NCBI GenBank assembly: GCA_963718565.1
Contig: OY970364.1
Coordinates: 1,376,001 to 1,440,000, forward strand
Direction of reading: 5' to 3'
DNA length: 64,000 nucleotides
Source of the DNA: an uncultured Verrucomicrobiae bacterium
Lineage (GTDB): Bacteria > Chlamydiota > Chlamydiia > Chlamydiales > Rhabdochlamydiaceae
A program made the translations under genes and the position numbers. This document shows positions 9,836 through 19,816 of the stretch, one piece after another (the stretch's first letter is position 1; the number at the start of each line of letters is the position of its first letter). A model generated the notes under the pieces. It worked only from the letters and a program-made list of their open reading frames with translations. It did not search any database and had not been told where the DNA came from.

Positions 9836-9850
9836 GTTTTTGAAGCTCCG

Positions 9851-10174
9851 TTATTTCTTGTTTCCATTATTTCCATTGCTCCCATTTCCGCCAGGCCCTT
9901 GACCACCGGTGCCACCTCTACCGCCTCCAGCGGGACCGTTGCCACCATTGCCGCCGTTCCCGCCTTTGCCCAGTTCGCTGTTACCACCATTGCCTCCATC
10001 GCCACCGCGACTGGAAGAACTGTTTCCGCCATTTCCCCCGTTGCCACCCGATCCATGCTTGCTGTCGCCGCCATTTCCTCCACGGCCGCCGTCAGCATGG
10101 ACATTAACAAACGAGATCAACATGACTATAACTGAAATTGAAAATGGGAATCGAAAAAAATGCTTTTTTTTCAT
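9851..10174 (-). CDS. Small secreted Gly-rich peptide 2
   Basis: Signal peptide ending VHA, then GGxGGxGGx(S) repeats. Confidence 0.75.
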   Translation of the reverse strand: MKKKHFFRFPFSISVIVMLISFVNVHADGGRGGNGGDSKHGSGGNGGNGGNSSSSRGGDGGNGGNSELGKGGNGGNGGNGPAGGGRGGTGGQGPGGNGSNGNNGNKK

Positions 10175-10176
10175 CT

Positions 10177-10407
10177 CTATGCTCCGTTACCACCATTTCC
10201 CCCATTCCCTCCGCTAGCTCCACCGTGTCCACCGGCTCCCCCGTTTCCTCCATTACCAGATCCACTATTTCCCCCATTACCTCCATCACCACCACTACCA
10301 CCTGCATGACCGCCATCTCCGCCATTTCCGCCATTACCAGCATGCAGGCCAGTCGACACCACAAAAAAAGAAATCATCGCTAACAAGCCAATTTTCTTCA
10401 ATTTCAT
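10177..10407 (-). CDS. Small secreted Gly-rich peptide 1
   Basis: MKLKKIGLLAMISFFVVSTGLHA, then almost pure GGN/GGD/GGH; start chosen at ATG 10407, ~7 nt after GGAG. Confidence 0.7.
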   Translation of the reverse strand: MKLKKIGLLAMISFFVVSTGLHAGNGGNGGDGGHAGGSGGDGGNGGNSGSGNGGNGGAGGHGGASGGNGGNGGNGA

Positions 10408-10526
10408 ATCCATTCTCCCGTAAAGAGCATTCATATTTAATCCCCTGATCTCCGTGATCATGAGCGATACGTTAACTAAAGAATTTGTCGCATTATTACT
10501 GCTTTCATTTTTTGGGAAGCACTCAA

Positions 10527-11603
10527 ATGACAACAGCCAATGCCTCTCTTCAACAAGAACTCATCCTATTGCGCAATGAACAGGCCTCTCTCCGAGCAAC
10601 TGTGTCGAATCTTTTGAATCAACTGAGCATGGCCATACAGGCCAATGCTGAATTGCGCATCGAAAATCAAACTCTCAGAGATGAAATTGCTCGCCTCAAG
10701 CAAACGCCCCCGCGCCCTAAAATACCTCCCGGCGATTTAGAAAATTCCGAGAAAGAACCAAAAGATGGGAAGGGGAATAGAGGGAACTCTGGTCGAGGCA
10801 AGCACCCGCGCAGTAAAAAAACAGGACTGACTTTCCACAATATCAACCGACTTAAGCCAGATACCATTCCCGAAGGGGCTATTTTTAAAGGCACTCGGAA
10901 GTATGACATTCAAGATCTCGTTTGCCAGGCATATAACACTCGATACGAGATCGAACGCTGGCAACTGCCAGATGGGACATACATCGAAGGTCAGATTCCA
11001 TTGCATATTCAGGGGCATTATGGAGCGGCCTTGAGAGCGCATGTCATCACGTTAGCCCATTCTTGCCGTGTTTCAGAAGAGCTGATTTTAGAGCAATTGC
11101 GTAGATACAAAATCGCAATTTCTGCCGGGCAATTGCATGCGATGCTGACAGAAAAACACGACCAGTTTCACGCTGAGAAAGCCGACCTTTTGGAAGCTGG
11201 AATAACATCCGGTCAAATTCAGACAGACGATGTGGGCACACGACATTGCAGCAAAAACTGCTACACCAATGTGATTTGCAACGAATATTTCGTCCATCTA
11301 ACGACGACCAACAGCAAAAATCGTATTAATTTCCTCACGATTTTGGCGCAGGGCCGAGGAGAATACCGATTTAACCAAGATGCCTATGATTACCTAGCCA
11401 CTCATAGGGATACAGAATGGTTGATTCAAGCGTTTAAAATTCGTCAAGATCCTGTGTTCCATACACAAGATCCTGGGAAAACATTTCTGGAAGAATTTGG
11501 GCATCTAAACTCAAATACCATTCGATTGCTTACTGAGGCCGGGTTGTTTGCCAGTCTAATCGAGCATGGTGTGCCCAAAAATCTGAATATCCATAGCGAC
11601 GAT
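10527..11603 (+). pseudogene. Truncated IS66-like transposase
   Basis: Coiled coil plus LRDEIARLK..PPRPKI, HYGAAL, ISAGQL, QTDDVGTRH and SKNRINFL motifs; breaks off after HSDD, so the C-terminal part is missing. Confidence 0.75.
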
Positions 11604-11708
11604 TTAATTTCCTATACCCTGCCTTCTTCAACCTCAATAATTTCTTTTTAATGGCCGATCAGCTATAAAGATGAAGACTGTAGGCCTTGTCTTAAGGATT
11701 GAAAAAAC

Positions 11709-12503
11709 ATGCGCTGTACTTGCTATTGCACTGCTTCTACCTATGATATTCCTCGTCTGTTTCAATACCTGCAACGGCTAGGTTCTACTCAGCTTTTTCG
11801 CGATGTCATCCATATTCAAATTAAGGAAGATAAGCAGATTAAAGGAGACATCTTTTATTTCTCTTACGGCGCTGTCGTCTGTTGGGGATTTGCAGAAGAA
11901 GAAGAAAGAGAAATCCTGCAATCTCTCAAGGAATTTGAAAAAGAATCTTTAGCAAAAATCGAACTGGATGAATTCACATTCACTTATGGCGATACGATCA
12001 AGATTGAAGAGGATGAAATCTTTCTTCACAATAAAAGCACTCTGACCAAACTCGCGATCTCTCACGGAATTGCCCAGTCGGTAAAACTTTCGACCTTTGA
12101 AGAGCTCATTCAAAAAACCATCGATCACACCAAACAATTACCCACCAACCTTGCCCAAAAAGGAAAAATCCCGCTTTCTCGCAAGGAGATTTCCAAAAAA
12201 ATGGGTGAAATCTTCATTGAACGCAGCTTCATCAATCTGCATAGCGAAATCCTCGATACCCCTGAATTTTTTTGGGATTATCCTGAACTCGAGCCGTTCT
12301 ATCGCCGCGCTGCGCATTATCTCGACGTCACCAAGCGCGTCGAAATTCTCAATAAACGCCTCAATGTTGTCCACGAACTTTTCGAGATCCTTTCCAGCGA
12401 GCTCAACCATCAACACACTTCGCGCCTAGAGACGATCATTATCCTCTTGATCCTCATCGAGGTTACCATCGCGCTGCTGCGCGACTTGTTCCACTTGATC
12501 TAA
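11709..12503 (+). CDS. RMD1/DUF155 family protein
   Basis: YCTASTY, FSYGAVVCWG, AISHGIAQSVKL, LDTPEFFW, RVEILNKRL and RLETIIILLI motifs. Confidence 0.9.
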   Translation: MRCTCYCTASTYDIPRLFQYLQRLGSTQLFRDVIHIQIKEDKQIKGDIFYFSYGAVVCWGFAEEEEREILQSLKEFEKESLAKIELDEFTFTYGDTIKIEEDEIFLHNKSTLTKLAISHGIAQSVKLSTFEELIQKTIDHTKQLPTNLAQKGKIPLSRKEISKKMGEIFIERSFINLHSEILDTPEFFWDYPELEPFYRRAAHYLDVTKRVEILNKRLNVVHELFEILSSELNHQHTSRLETIIILLILIEVTIALLRDLFHLI

Positions 12504-12511
12504 GACGCTTT

Positions 12512-14089
12512 TCACTCTGCAAGGGATAGGCCTTTGAAATCGACATATCCGGACCGATTAATCGCATAGCCTCTTAATTTCTCATTCAAAAGAAATTTAC
12601 AGGTTTCCATGTGAATCGGAATCACAGGCATTTCATCCATCAGTAGTTGCTCAGCTTCACGAAGATGCTGATCTCTTTCCTTCATATCAAAAGTAGCGCT
12701 TGCTCGAGTGAGCAGCTGTTGATAAGTCTTATTTTCCCATCGGGAAAAATTGTAAGAGCAGCTTTTTTCCGTGAAAATATCTAAAAAATAAAACGGATCT
12801 TCATAGATGGAATTTCGAGTGCAGCTTGCGATTTGGAATTGACCGTGAATGAGATGATCTTGCAAGACATTCCACTCAAACGCTTGGATGTCTACCTCAA
12901 TCCCTAAAGCCTCCCTCAGGTTTTCTTGAAGGATTTGAGTCAAACTTTTCTGACTTCCATAAGTGCAATAGCTCATGGTCACTTTAGGAAAAGTTTCCCT
13001 CGTTAACCCAAGTTCTTGAAGGCCCTGTTCAAAATAGTGGAGAGCCTTTTCTCGATTTTCATCGATCCTCGATGTTTCATCGAGCAAGGTCAATGTTTTA
13101 GGAAGAATAGTTGTGCACGAGATATCCGTAGTAAGAAAATTTTTAACAAGGTTTTGACGATTGATAGCATAGGCAAATGCTTTGCGAATCCAAGCAGAGT
13201 TAAAAGGAGGGGTTTCCGTATTCAGGTAAAGCCAATAGACCCGGGAGATTGCCTCCGTGTGAAATCGAGGATCTTGTTTTGCGGTGGGTAAAAGATTCGC
13301 AGGAATGGAGTCAAAAGTATCCCCCATGACGTCATACTCTCCTTTTTCAAAAAGGAAAAACTCAGTATTGGGATCGGCAATCATCGAAATACTCACTTTG
13401 TCCAACTTAACATTCTCTGCATCCCAGTATCTAGGGTTACGCTCGAGTTCAAACACAGATCCGTGTTTCCAATTTCCTAAAACAAAGGGGCCATTAAAAA
13501 TGGTGGGCTCATCTTCCTCGCCACAAATAGGGGAAAAAATCGGATGAGAAATTAGGGCAAGAAAATAGGGAGCAGGTTGTTGCAATTCCACAATCAACGT
13601 GGTCGCATCCAGGGCCTTCACTCCTAAAGCCTCTAAAGGAACTTCGCCGCACTTGGCCTTTTTAGCATTTTTAATGATATAGAAAAGGTCGGCGCGAGAA
13701 CAACGTGTATTAGGATGAAGGGCTGTTTTCCACGCTTTCTCAAAATCATAAGCAGTGACCACCTGCCCGTTAGTCCAGCAGTGGGGTCTGATTGAAAATC
13801 GGAAATGCGTGTAAGAATCATCGATCTCTACTTGATTTGCGGCAGCAAGCTCGGCTTTGCCATGAGTGCCAAGCCTTGTAAGGCCTTCAAAAAGAGCCTT
13901 ACCAATGATGCGCCCTCGCACATCCACATTTCGGTGAGGATGCAAAGAAGAAGGATCCCCCTCAGATAAATTCACTCTCAAATGATTAGATATGGCTTTC
14001 ACACCTTTCTTGGAAATACGACCTGGCATAAACAGAATCCAACTGAAAATGACTGCAACAAGAAGGAAAATGAGAGAAAACGTTTTCAT
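12512..14089 (-). CDS. OppA-like peptide ABC substrate-binding protein
   Basis: N-terminal signal/TM, GDPSSLHP, LFEGLTRL, WTNGQVVTAYDF, NGPFVL and AEQLLMDEMPVIP motifs. Confidence 0.9.
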   Translation of the reverse strand: MKTFSLIFLLVAVIFSWILFMPGRISKKGVKAISNHLRVNLSEGDPSSLHPHRNVDVRGRIIGKALFEGLTRLGTHGKAELAAANQVEIDDSYTHFRFSIRPHCWTNGQVVTAYDFEKAWKTALHPNTRCSRADLFYIIKNAKKAKCGEVPLEALGVKALDATTLIVELQQPAPYFLALISHPIFSPICGEEDEPTIFNGPFVLGNWKHGSVFELERNPRYWDAENVKLDKVSISMIADPNTEFFLFEKGEYDVMGDTFDSIPANLLPTAKQDPRFHTEAISRVYWLYLNTETPPFNSAWIRKAFAYAINRQNLVKNFLTTDISCTTILPKTLTLLDETSRIDENREKALHYFEQGLQELGLTRETFPKVTMSYCTYGSQKSLTQILQENLREALGIEVDIQAFEWNVLQDHLIHGQFQIASCTRNSIYEDPFYFLDIFTEKSCSYNFSRWENKTYQQLLTRASATFDMKERDQHLREAEQLLMDEMPVIPIHMETCKFLLNEKLRGYAINRSGYVDFKGLSLAE

Positions 14090-14142
14090 ACACAAGACTC
14101 AAAGAAAAGACGCAAATAACACGCTCCTAGCCGGAAAGGCTA

Positions 14143-17007
14143 CTATACTGTTGAATTTCGGGAAATCGAAATCCACTTGAAATCGACATCTCCATTGGGA
14201 GCAATGACTGCTTTTTCGACTTTTCCGCCTAAAATATACATGTAATTCGGGAAGAAGATGGGAATAATCGGCATTTCATCCATGAGGATCTGCTCTGCTT
14301 TGATCAGCCATTTTTCTCTTTGTTCCGCCTGAAAACATTGTAAAGCTCGATCTAGATAATTCGTGTAGTGGATGTTTTCCCATTGAGAAGAATTGTACAG
14401 ATTTGAACGGTCGCGAAATAGTTCCAAATAAGATCTTGGATACAGCGGAGATGTTGATCGATAACAAGACGCCATTTGGTATTCTCTTTTATCCAATAAA
14501 TAAGAAAGAGATTTCCATTCCATGTTCTTCAAGTGAATTTTAATCCCAAGAACAGATTGGATCTGTTCTTGGATGGTAAGGACTAGGCTTCGCTCTCCAT
14601 CTGCACTCCAATAAAGGGTGATTGGAGGGAATTCGTCGGGATGTATTTTGAGTTCTTTTAAACCTTCTTGGAAAAATTCTCGGGCCAATGAGGGATTACC
14701 ATCCCAATAAGGGATTTTTTGGCGAGACAAGTTGAAAATCGCATTAAAAATACAGGGCTCGCCCCCGAATTCTTGAGTGATTTGCTCTCGGTTAATCGCA
14801 CAAGCCAGCGCTTTTCGAATATGGGCTGAAAACAAAGGGAAAGAATGTGTATTCAGATAAATCCAATAGACTTGTGAAACGCTCTTTTGATGATAAGAGG
14901 CTAAGGTGTGAAATGGCCTTATCGATGAGGTCGTAAAAGGCTCTCCCACCCAATCCAGCTCTCCATTTTCAAACTGTTTGCCTATTAAGTTCACGTCTCT
15001 GACCATGGAAATGGTAATATCTTTTAGTGGAACATTCTTTTTATCCCAATAATAGGGATTCGATGTTAAATGAAGGCAGCTGTCCCGTTTCCATTGCTTC
15101 AAAAGAAATGGGCCATTGAAGTGATAAGGTTCTTGTTCTCCTCTATAAACTGGGGAAAAAATGGGATTAGAGATCAGGTGTAAAAAGTAAAAAGCGGGAT
15201 ATTCTAATTCGACAATAAGTGTTTTGGCATTGATCGCTTTGATTTTCACCTCATCTAGAGATTTTAGTCCTAAATGAGCCTTCTTTGCATTTTTTATGAT
15301 AAAAAAAAGGTCGGATCGCAAGCAATGAGATTGAGGAGCGATCGCCTTTTTCCAACTCTGTTCAAAATCGAAAGCAGAAACTTCTTCTCCATTGGACCAA
15401 CAATGGTTCCTCAAAATAAACGTGTAAATAGTATCTGAAGAAGAACGACGGATCTCTTTTGCCGCTGCAAGCTCAGGCTTGCCCTCAACACTGAGGCGCG
15501 TTAGCCCCTCGAATAAAGCCATTGCCAAGCAGCGGCATCGCTGATCAATGGCAATTTGTGGATTTAACGAAGGAGGATCTCCTTCTTGAAAATTCAGCCG
15601 GAGAATATTATCGCGCTCCTTGGTTTCGTCGATCTTGTGGATAGTGTGCTCTAAATTTGTCAATATATTCGAGCCCGATAAGACATCCAAATCCACAAAA
15701 CAAAGATAATGCTCACGTTCATACTCAAAAAAGCTATACCCTGCAGAGTGCATTTCTTTCTGCGTGTTTCTCAACTCTTTCAGCAAAGCATGATGAAAAG
15801 AAGGCGTAGATATCTTCAATAATGCAAATAGAGAATTTCCTTCTATTCTCTTTGCTACTCTTCCTCCGCATTCTTTTAAGTGCGAAATGACAAATGAAAA
15901 TAGCCGATGCGCCAAGGGAAGGTTGAGCAAAACTTGAAAATTCGCCGGTCTAAAAGCTTGGAAGATCTCTTGAATCAAAAGATGATCGTTTTCATGTTTA
16001 CTTCTAAAATGTTTTTTAATTTGCTCTAGCTGTTTGCTCTGTTGTGATAAAAGCCCTCCATTATAATCACGAAAATTTCCAAACATTTGTTCGACCAGTT
16101 TGGCAACATAACTTCTCGCTCGATCCAGATCGATTGACCAATTTTTTCCTAGAAATAAAGCACATTCTACTTCAAGAGAAAATAAAATCGCCTCTTTGAT
16201 ATCTCCCTTGGAAAAGGACATCAATGATTGCACTTTCTCCAAAGTCAAGTGGCAAGAAGAAGGTAAAGGATGCCTTTTTGAACAAAAAGGAGGTTCATTT
16301 TGCTTTCTCACACGCACTAGAATCACTCTGAAAAGTAAAACCTCTTGAATCTGTGATTGAAAGAGAATGATCACCTGAGGAAGATCCCTCTCAGATTTTA
16401 ATTCTTTAGCAAGCCGAACAGCACTCTTGTACGCCTCTTCTTCATTGCAAGAAAAAAGAAGTGAGGAGGAAAGAGATTGAATATTCTGCTTCAATTCACC
16501 AGGCAGTTGAGAGCGCAAAAGACTCATATCTTTTGCAGTGAAATTGTTTCCTCGCAGTCTTTCGACTTCTAAATAACAAAATAGAAAAGATCGGTCTCTT
16601 TCTCGGCAACAGTAAAAAGATTCCGGAATTGCTCCAATCCCTGGAAGCAGATTGACAATAGCGCGACTAATATGCTTTTCTTCCAGAACATCATAAGAGG
16701 ATTCCAAATTGACACCAATAGACACCCCGAAAGTGTCTCTTCCCGACGCTGGTGGCCGCGATAACTTTAGACTCAAAGCATATGGCTCCGATTTAATCCC
16801 ATGAAGCTTATGCCGAAGATGATATTGCAAACAAACGAGATGCTCAAGTTTTCTGAAATCTTTTCTCAAGAAAGAGGATGGATTAATTTCAACCAGGGTA
16901 CGCATTCCAATCTCGAACAATAGATCTCGATCGTAAATTTTAGAAAATCGCCGCTGTCGTTTCTTGAGAAGCTTAAAAAGCTTTAGCATGCATCCAATAT
17001 GGTCCAC
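14143..17007 (-). CDS. OppA-like solute-binding domain fused to a ~465-aa N-terminal domain, no signal peptide
   Basis: C-terminal half from LRLNFQEGDPPSLNP parallels the adjacent OppA; the N-terminal half is hydrophilic and includes FRDYNGGLL. Confidence 0.85.
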   Translation of the reverse strand: MDHIGCMLKLFKLLKKRQRRFSKIYDRDLLFEIGMRTLVEINPSSFLRKDFRKLEHLVCLQYHLRHKLHGIKSEPYALSLKLSRPPASGRDTFGVSIGVNLESSYDVLEEKHISRAIVNLLPGIGAIPESFYCCRERDRSFLFCYLEVERLRGNNFTAKDMSLLRSQLPGELKQNIQSLSSSLLFSCNEEEAYKSAVRLAKELKSERDLPQVIILFQSQIQEVLLFRVILVRVRKQNEPPFCSKRHPLPSSCHLTLEKVQSLMSFSKGDIKEAILFSLEVECALFLGKNWSIDLDRARSYVAKLVEQMFGNFRDYNGGLLSQQSKQLEQIKKHFRSKHENDHLLIQEIFQAFRPANFQVLLNLPLAHRLFSFVISHLKECGGRVAKRIEGNSLFALLKISTPSFHHALLKELRNTQKEMHSAGYSFFEYEREHYLCFVDLDVLSGSNILTNLEHTIHKIDETKERDNILRLNFQEGDPPSLNPQIAIDQRCRCLAMALFEGLTRLSVEGKPELAAAKEIRRSSSDTIYTFILRNHCWSNGEEVSAFDFEQSWKKAIAPQSHCLRSDLFFIIKNAKKAHLGLKSLDEVKIKAINAKTLIVELEYPAFYFLHLISNPIFSPVYRGEQEPYHFNGPFLLKQWKRDSCLHLTSNPYYWDKKNVPLKDITISMVRDVNLIGKQFENGELDWVGEPFTTSSIRPFHTLASYHQKSVSQVYWIYLNTHSFPLFSAHIRKALACAINREQITQEFGGEPCIFNAIFNLSRQKIPYWDGNPSLAREFFQEGLKELKIHPDEFPPITLYWSADGERSLVLTIQEQIQSVLGIKIHLKNMEWKSLSYLLDKREYQMASCYRSTSPLYPRSYLELFRDRSNLYNSSQWENIHYTNYLDRALQCFQAEQREKWLIKAEQILMDEMPIIPIFFPNYMYILGGKVEKAVIAPNGDVDFKWISISRNSTV

Positions 17008-17041
17008 CTTCCCGTTTTTGATCCATATAAAGAAAATTTTC

Positions 17042-17392
17042 TCAGAGCCTGCTTATGGAATTAAAATGTCGTTTATAGAGAACGACTTCCTGGGCAGCTT
17101 CCGCTTGTTTCGCCCGATCAATGATGGAATATTTTCTTGTGTTTTTCGGATCGATATTTGGCCTATCGAGACATCCCTTGCCCCAATGTTGAGGGGCGTT
17201 GAGCGGTACATTTCCTGCATGCAGGCATACTGGTTCTATCCCTGACTGCATGATCACCAAGTTACATCCAGCCTGAATGTTGGATGGCACAGACTTGTAA
17301 TAGTGATTGATAATGCCTTGGATTTTTTCCGTTTGAAACTGCGGAGTCGGATGAACTCCGCCCGAGCTACTAAGAGGAGGAATGAGAGCCAT
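17042..17392 (-). CDS. Hypothetical protein
   Basis: 116 aa ATG ORF with a Ser/Pro-rich N-terminus, co-directional with the OppA genes. Confidence 0.5.
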   Translation of the reverse strand: MALIPPLSSSGGVHPTPQFQTEKIQGIINHYYKSVPSNIQAGCNLVIMQSGIEPVCLHAGNVPLNAPQHWGKGCLDRPNIDPKNTRKYSIIDRAKQAEAAQEVVLYKRHFNSISRL

Positions 17393-17645
17393 AATTTGGA
17401 TTATTCACAAATCATGTTAAACTACAATAACATCGGTTATTACAGAATAATACGCGATGAGCAACTTTTTGGATGCGCTTGACGATCTCGATTCGCCCAA
17501 AGAGCCTTCAGACCTTCATATCTCGGGCTTGACCTGACTTGCTCAATTGCTGCAGAAGTTGGAGAATTTGCGCATTTTGCTCTTTCATTATCCTCATTTC
17601 TTCACTCAGCTCTTCGATGCGAGATTCGAGCTGGACGATCTTGAT

Positions 17646-18857
17646 TTAAAATCTCTTTGCTGAAAGCTTTTCGAATTGTCTGAATGGAATCAAAGTGACA
17701 AGAGCTGCGATAAAAGAAACACAAATAAGATAAAAAATACTCAAAGAATAATATTTTAGAACAATTATTGCTGATCCTGATATTAAAAAAGCAATTGAAT
17801 CGGCAGATTCGGCCAATCCGTATGTTTTTCCACGCTCATGCACTTTTCTGAGTTTGGAAATGATTGAAAACATAGTAGGAGATAAAAGAGCATTGCCTAT
17901 CGCGTGAAAAAAGTAACAAGCTGCTAGAACTGCATCAATATTATTAACAAAATGAGAAAGCGCAAAATAAGGCAACAAAGACACTACCGAAATTGTGTAG
18001 CCTACTTTTACTATTTTACTATCAGAAACGTTGGGGAAAAACTTTACAGAATAAGTGCCGCATAAATATCCGATCATCATCAAAATTTCTATAATAAAAG
18101 ATTCGTAATTGCTGAAGTCAGCATAATATATCAGAACGATGTATATTGAAATTTCAAATGAAATCCAAGTGAGCAGAACCATTTGAATGGATTTGTCTTT
18201 GAGATCTTCTATAATCTCACGGCAGATTAGAGCGAAAAATTGAATAACTTTCACTCTTCTAACTTCCTTAAACTTAGCGTCTTTTAAATCAAAGAAGTAT
18301 TTGATGCAAATTATTAATATAAATATGAACAATATCGACAATAACAATGTTGCGTTTATGTCAGAAAATTTCTTTTTTAGTAAAATCAATATCAAATAGC
18401 CAATTGCATAAGAAGCTGTTGCTAACGCGAAAGAAAAACGCAAATTCTTGCCCTCCGCATTACCCAAATCGCCGACCGCTGCCCAGCAGATTGGAACTGT
18501 ATTTCCTAGAACCCCCTTCGAGAGATTTAATAGACAGAGTAGAGTAATGTAATTAAGAAACTGCAAGTCGTAAAGGTATACAAATATTAGACCTATAAGA
18601 GAAAATGTGATAGAAACAATCAAACTAATTTTTCTTCCATAGAAGTCTGAAATACCAGCTTGGATGGGAGAAAATATGATCTGTAAAAAAAGAAAACCAG
18701 AAAATAGAAGGATTTCGCGAAATGTTGACTCATTTCCAAAAGAGCCAGCTATGTAGTTATCGCAGAGAACGTCGAAAGCGACAAAAAATAAAATTAAAAC
18801 AAGAAACTTAGTTTGCTTTGAATGTTTCTTTAACATTTGCTTTGTTGAGTGGCGCAC
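17646..18857 (-). CDS. MFS transporter (DHA1/TetA-like efflux)
   Basis: About 12 hydrophobic segments; motif A AGISDFYGRK; late HERGKTYGL motif. Confidence 0.85.
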   Translation of the reverse strand: MRHSTKQMLKKHSKQTKFLVLILFFVAFDVLCDNYIAGSFGNESTFREILLFSGFLFLQIIFSPIQAGISDFYGRKISLIVSITFSLIGLIFVYLYDLQFLNYITLLCLLNLSKGVLGNTVPICWAAVGDLGNAEGKNLRFSFALATASYAIGYLILILLKKKFSDINATLLLSILFIFILIICIKYFFDLKDAKFKEVRRVKVIQFFALICREIIEDLKDKSIQMVLLTWISFEISIYIVLIYYADFSNYESFIIEILMMIGYLCGTYSVKFFPNVSDSKIVKVGYTISVVSLLPYFALSHFVNNIDAVLAACYFFHAIGNALLSPTMFSIISKLRKVHERGKTYGLAESADSIAFLISGSAIIVLKYYSLSIFYLICVSFIAALVTLIPFRQFEKLSAKRF

Positions 18858-18931
18858 TTAAAAGAATGAAATGCACCGCAACCCTACTTAAACACAATGT
18901 CAAGGACAATTGTCAACAAGTTTTTTTGTTG

Positions 18932-19720
18932 CTAATTTTTTGTTTTTCGCGCTTTGATGGTTAGCTGTTGGTACGGCAAAAGAATCTCACCATCTGCCGT
19001 GCTCACATTCACTTCCAGACTTTCTTTTACAGCTTTGTTTAGAAAGGATTCATGTAGTTCTTCTGGCAACGGAACATAACAGGTTAGCCAGCCTTTAAGA
19101 TAGGCTTTTAGCTCTTCAGTATTTTTATATGCTGAAAGCCGCCATTCGGGGAGAAATTCTTCAAATTTCATGCCGTTGGATTCAAGTATACTACGGTATT
19201 CGTCGATAGAAAGCATGGTGCGGGCAGCAGACAAAAGCTTGTAGGAAGAAAATTCCTCGAGGGTTTTTTCAAGGAAAGTAATATAAGCTGATTCTTTTAA
19301 GTATGTCAGGATCAATAAAGTTCCACTTGGCTTAAGAAACCTGCACATCAAATCAAGGGCTTTTTTAGGCTCTCTTACCCACAACAGGCAGCTGAAGCAG
19401 ATGATTACATCAAAGCTGCCGTTATCAAAATCCATTTCTTCCGCTTTTGCTTCTTTGAAGTCGAGATTTGGATACCTTGCATTCGGAAATTCTTTTTTTG
19501 CCAGTTGGATCATGTTTGCAGAGGCATCGATGCCGATGGAAATGCCTTGAGGTGCTTGCAGCGAGATTTCTGCGATAATATTTCCAAAACCACAACCTAC
19601 GTCCAATACAGAAGAGAATTTTGTCAATTCTAGTGATTTTAGGAGCTCTTGAGCTCGTTCGAATTGAGGTTTTGAATTATTTTGATAATAAGACGCATCA
19701 ACGTCAACTATTTCTTTCAT
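18932..19720 (-). CDS. Class I SAM-dependent methyltransferase (small-molecule, Tam-like)
   Basis: VLDVGCGFG, GIDASANMI, FDVIICFSCLLWV and LKPSG motifs. Confidence 0.9.
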   Translation of the reverse strand: MKEIVDVDASYYQNNSKPQFERAQELLKSLELTKFSSVLDVGCGFGNIIAEISLQAPQGISIGIDASANMIQLAKKEFPNARYPNLDFKEAKAEEMDFDNGSFDVIICFSCLLWVREPKKALDLMCRFLKPSGTLLILTYLKESAYITFLEKTLEEFSSYKLLSAARTMLSIDEYRSILESNGMKFEEFLPEWRLSAYKNTEELKAYLKGWLTCYVPLPEELHESFLNKAVKESLEVNVSTADGEILLPYQQLTIKARKTKN

Positions 19721-19816
19721 AAAATGGATACAGGGGTTTTCATTTTTCGAGCATATTTTATTAAAAAATGGTATTATTATCCCAGCTTGAATTTTTCCTC
19801 AATTAAATAATTTATT

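Noticed and set aside
9454..10383. Alternative-frame and antisense ORFs over the Gly-rich genes
   Set aside because: Low-complexity shadows; only the Gly frames have signal peptides and RBSs.
9575..10407. Gly-rich peptides as RiPP (microcin B17-like) precursors
   Set aside because: The leaders look like Sec signal peptides, and no YcaO, radical SAM or peptidase-ABC genes are nearby.
4380..11651. tRNA-Leu-anchored integrative element
   Set aside because: The accessory genes lie on the 5' side of the tRNA; no integrase and no duplicated tRNA 3' end were found.
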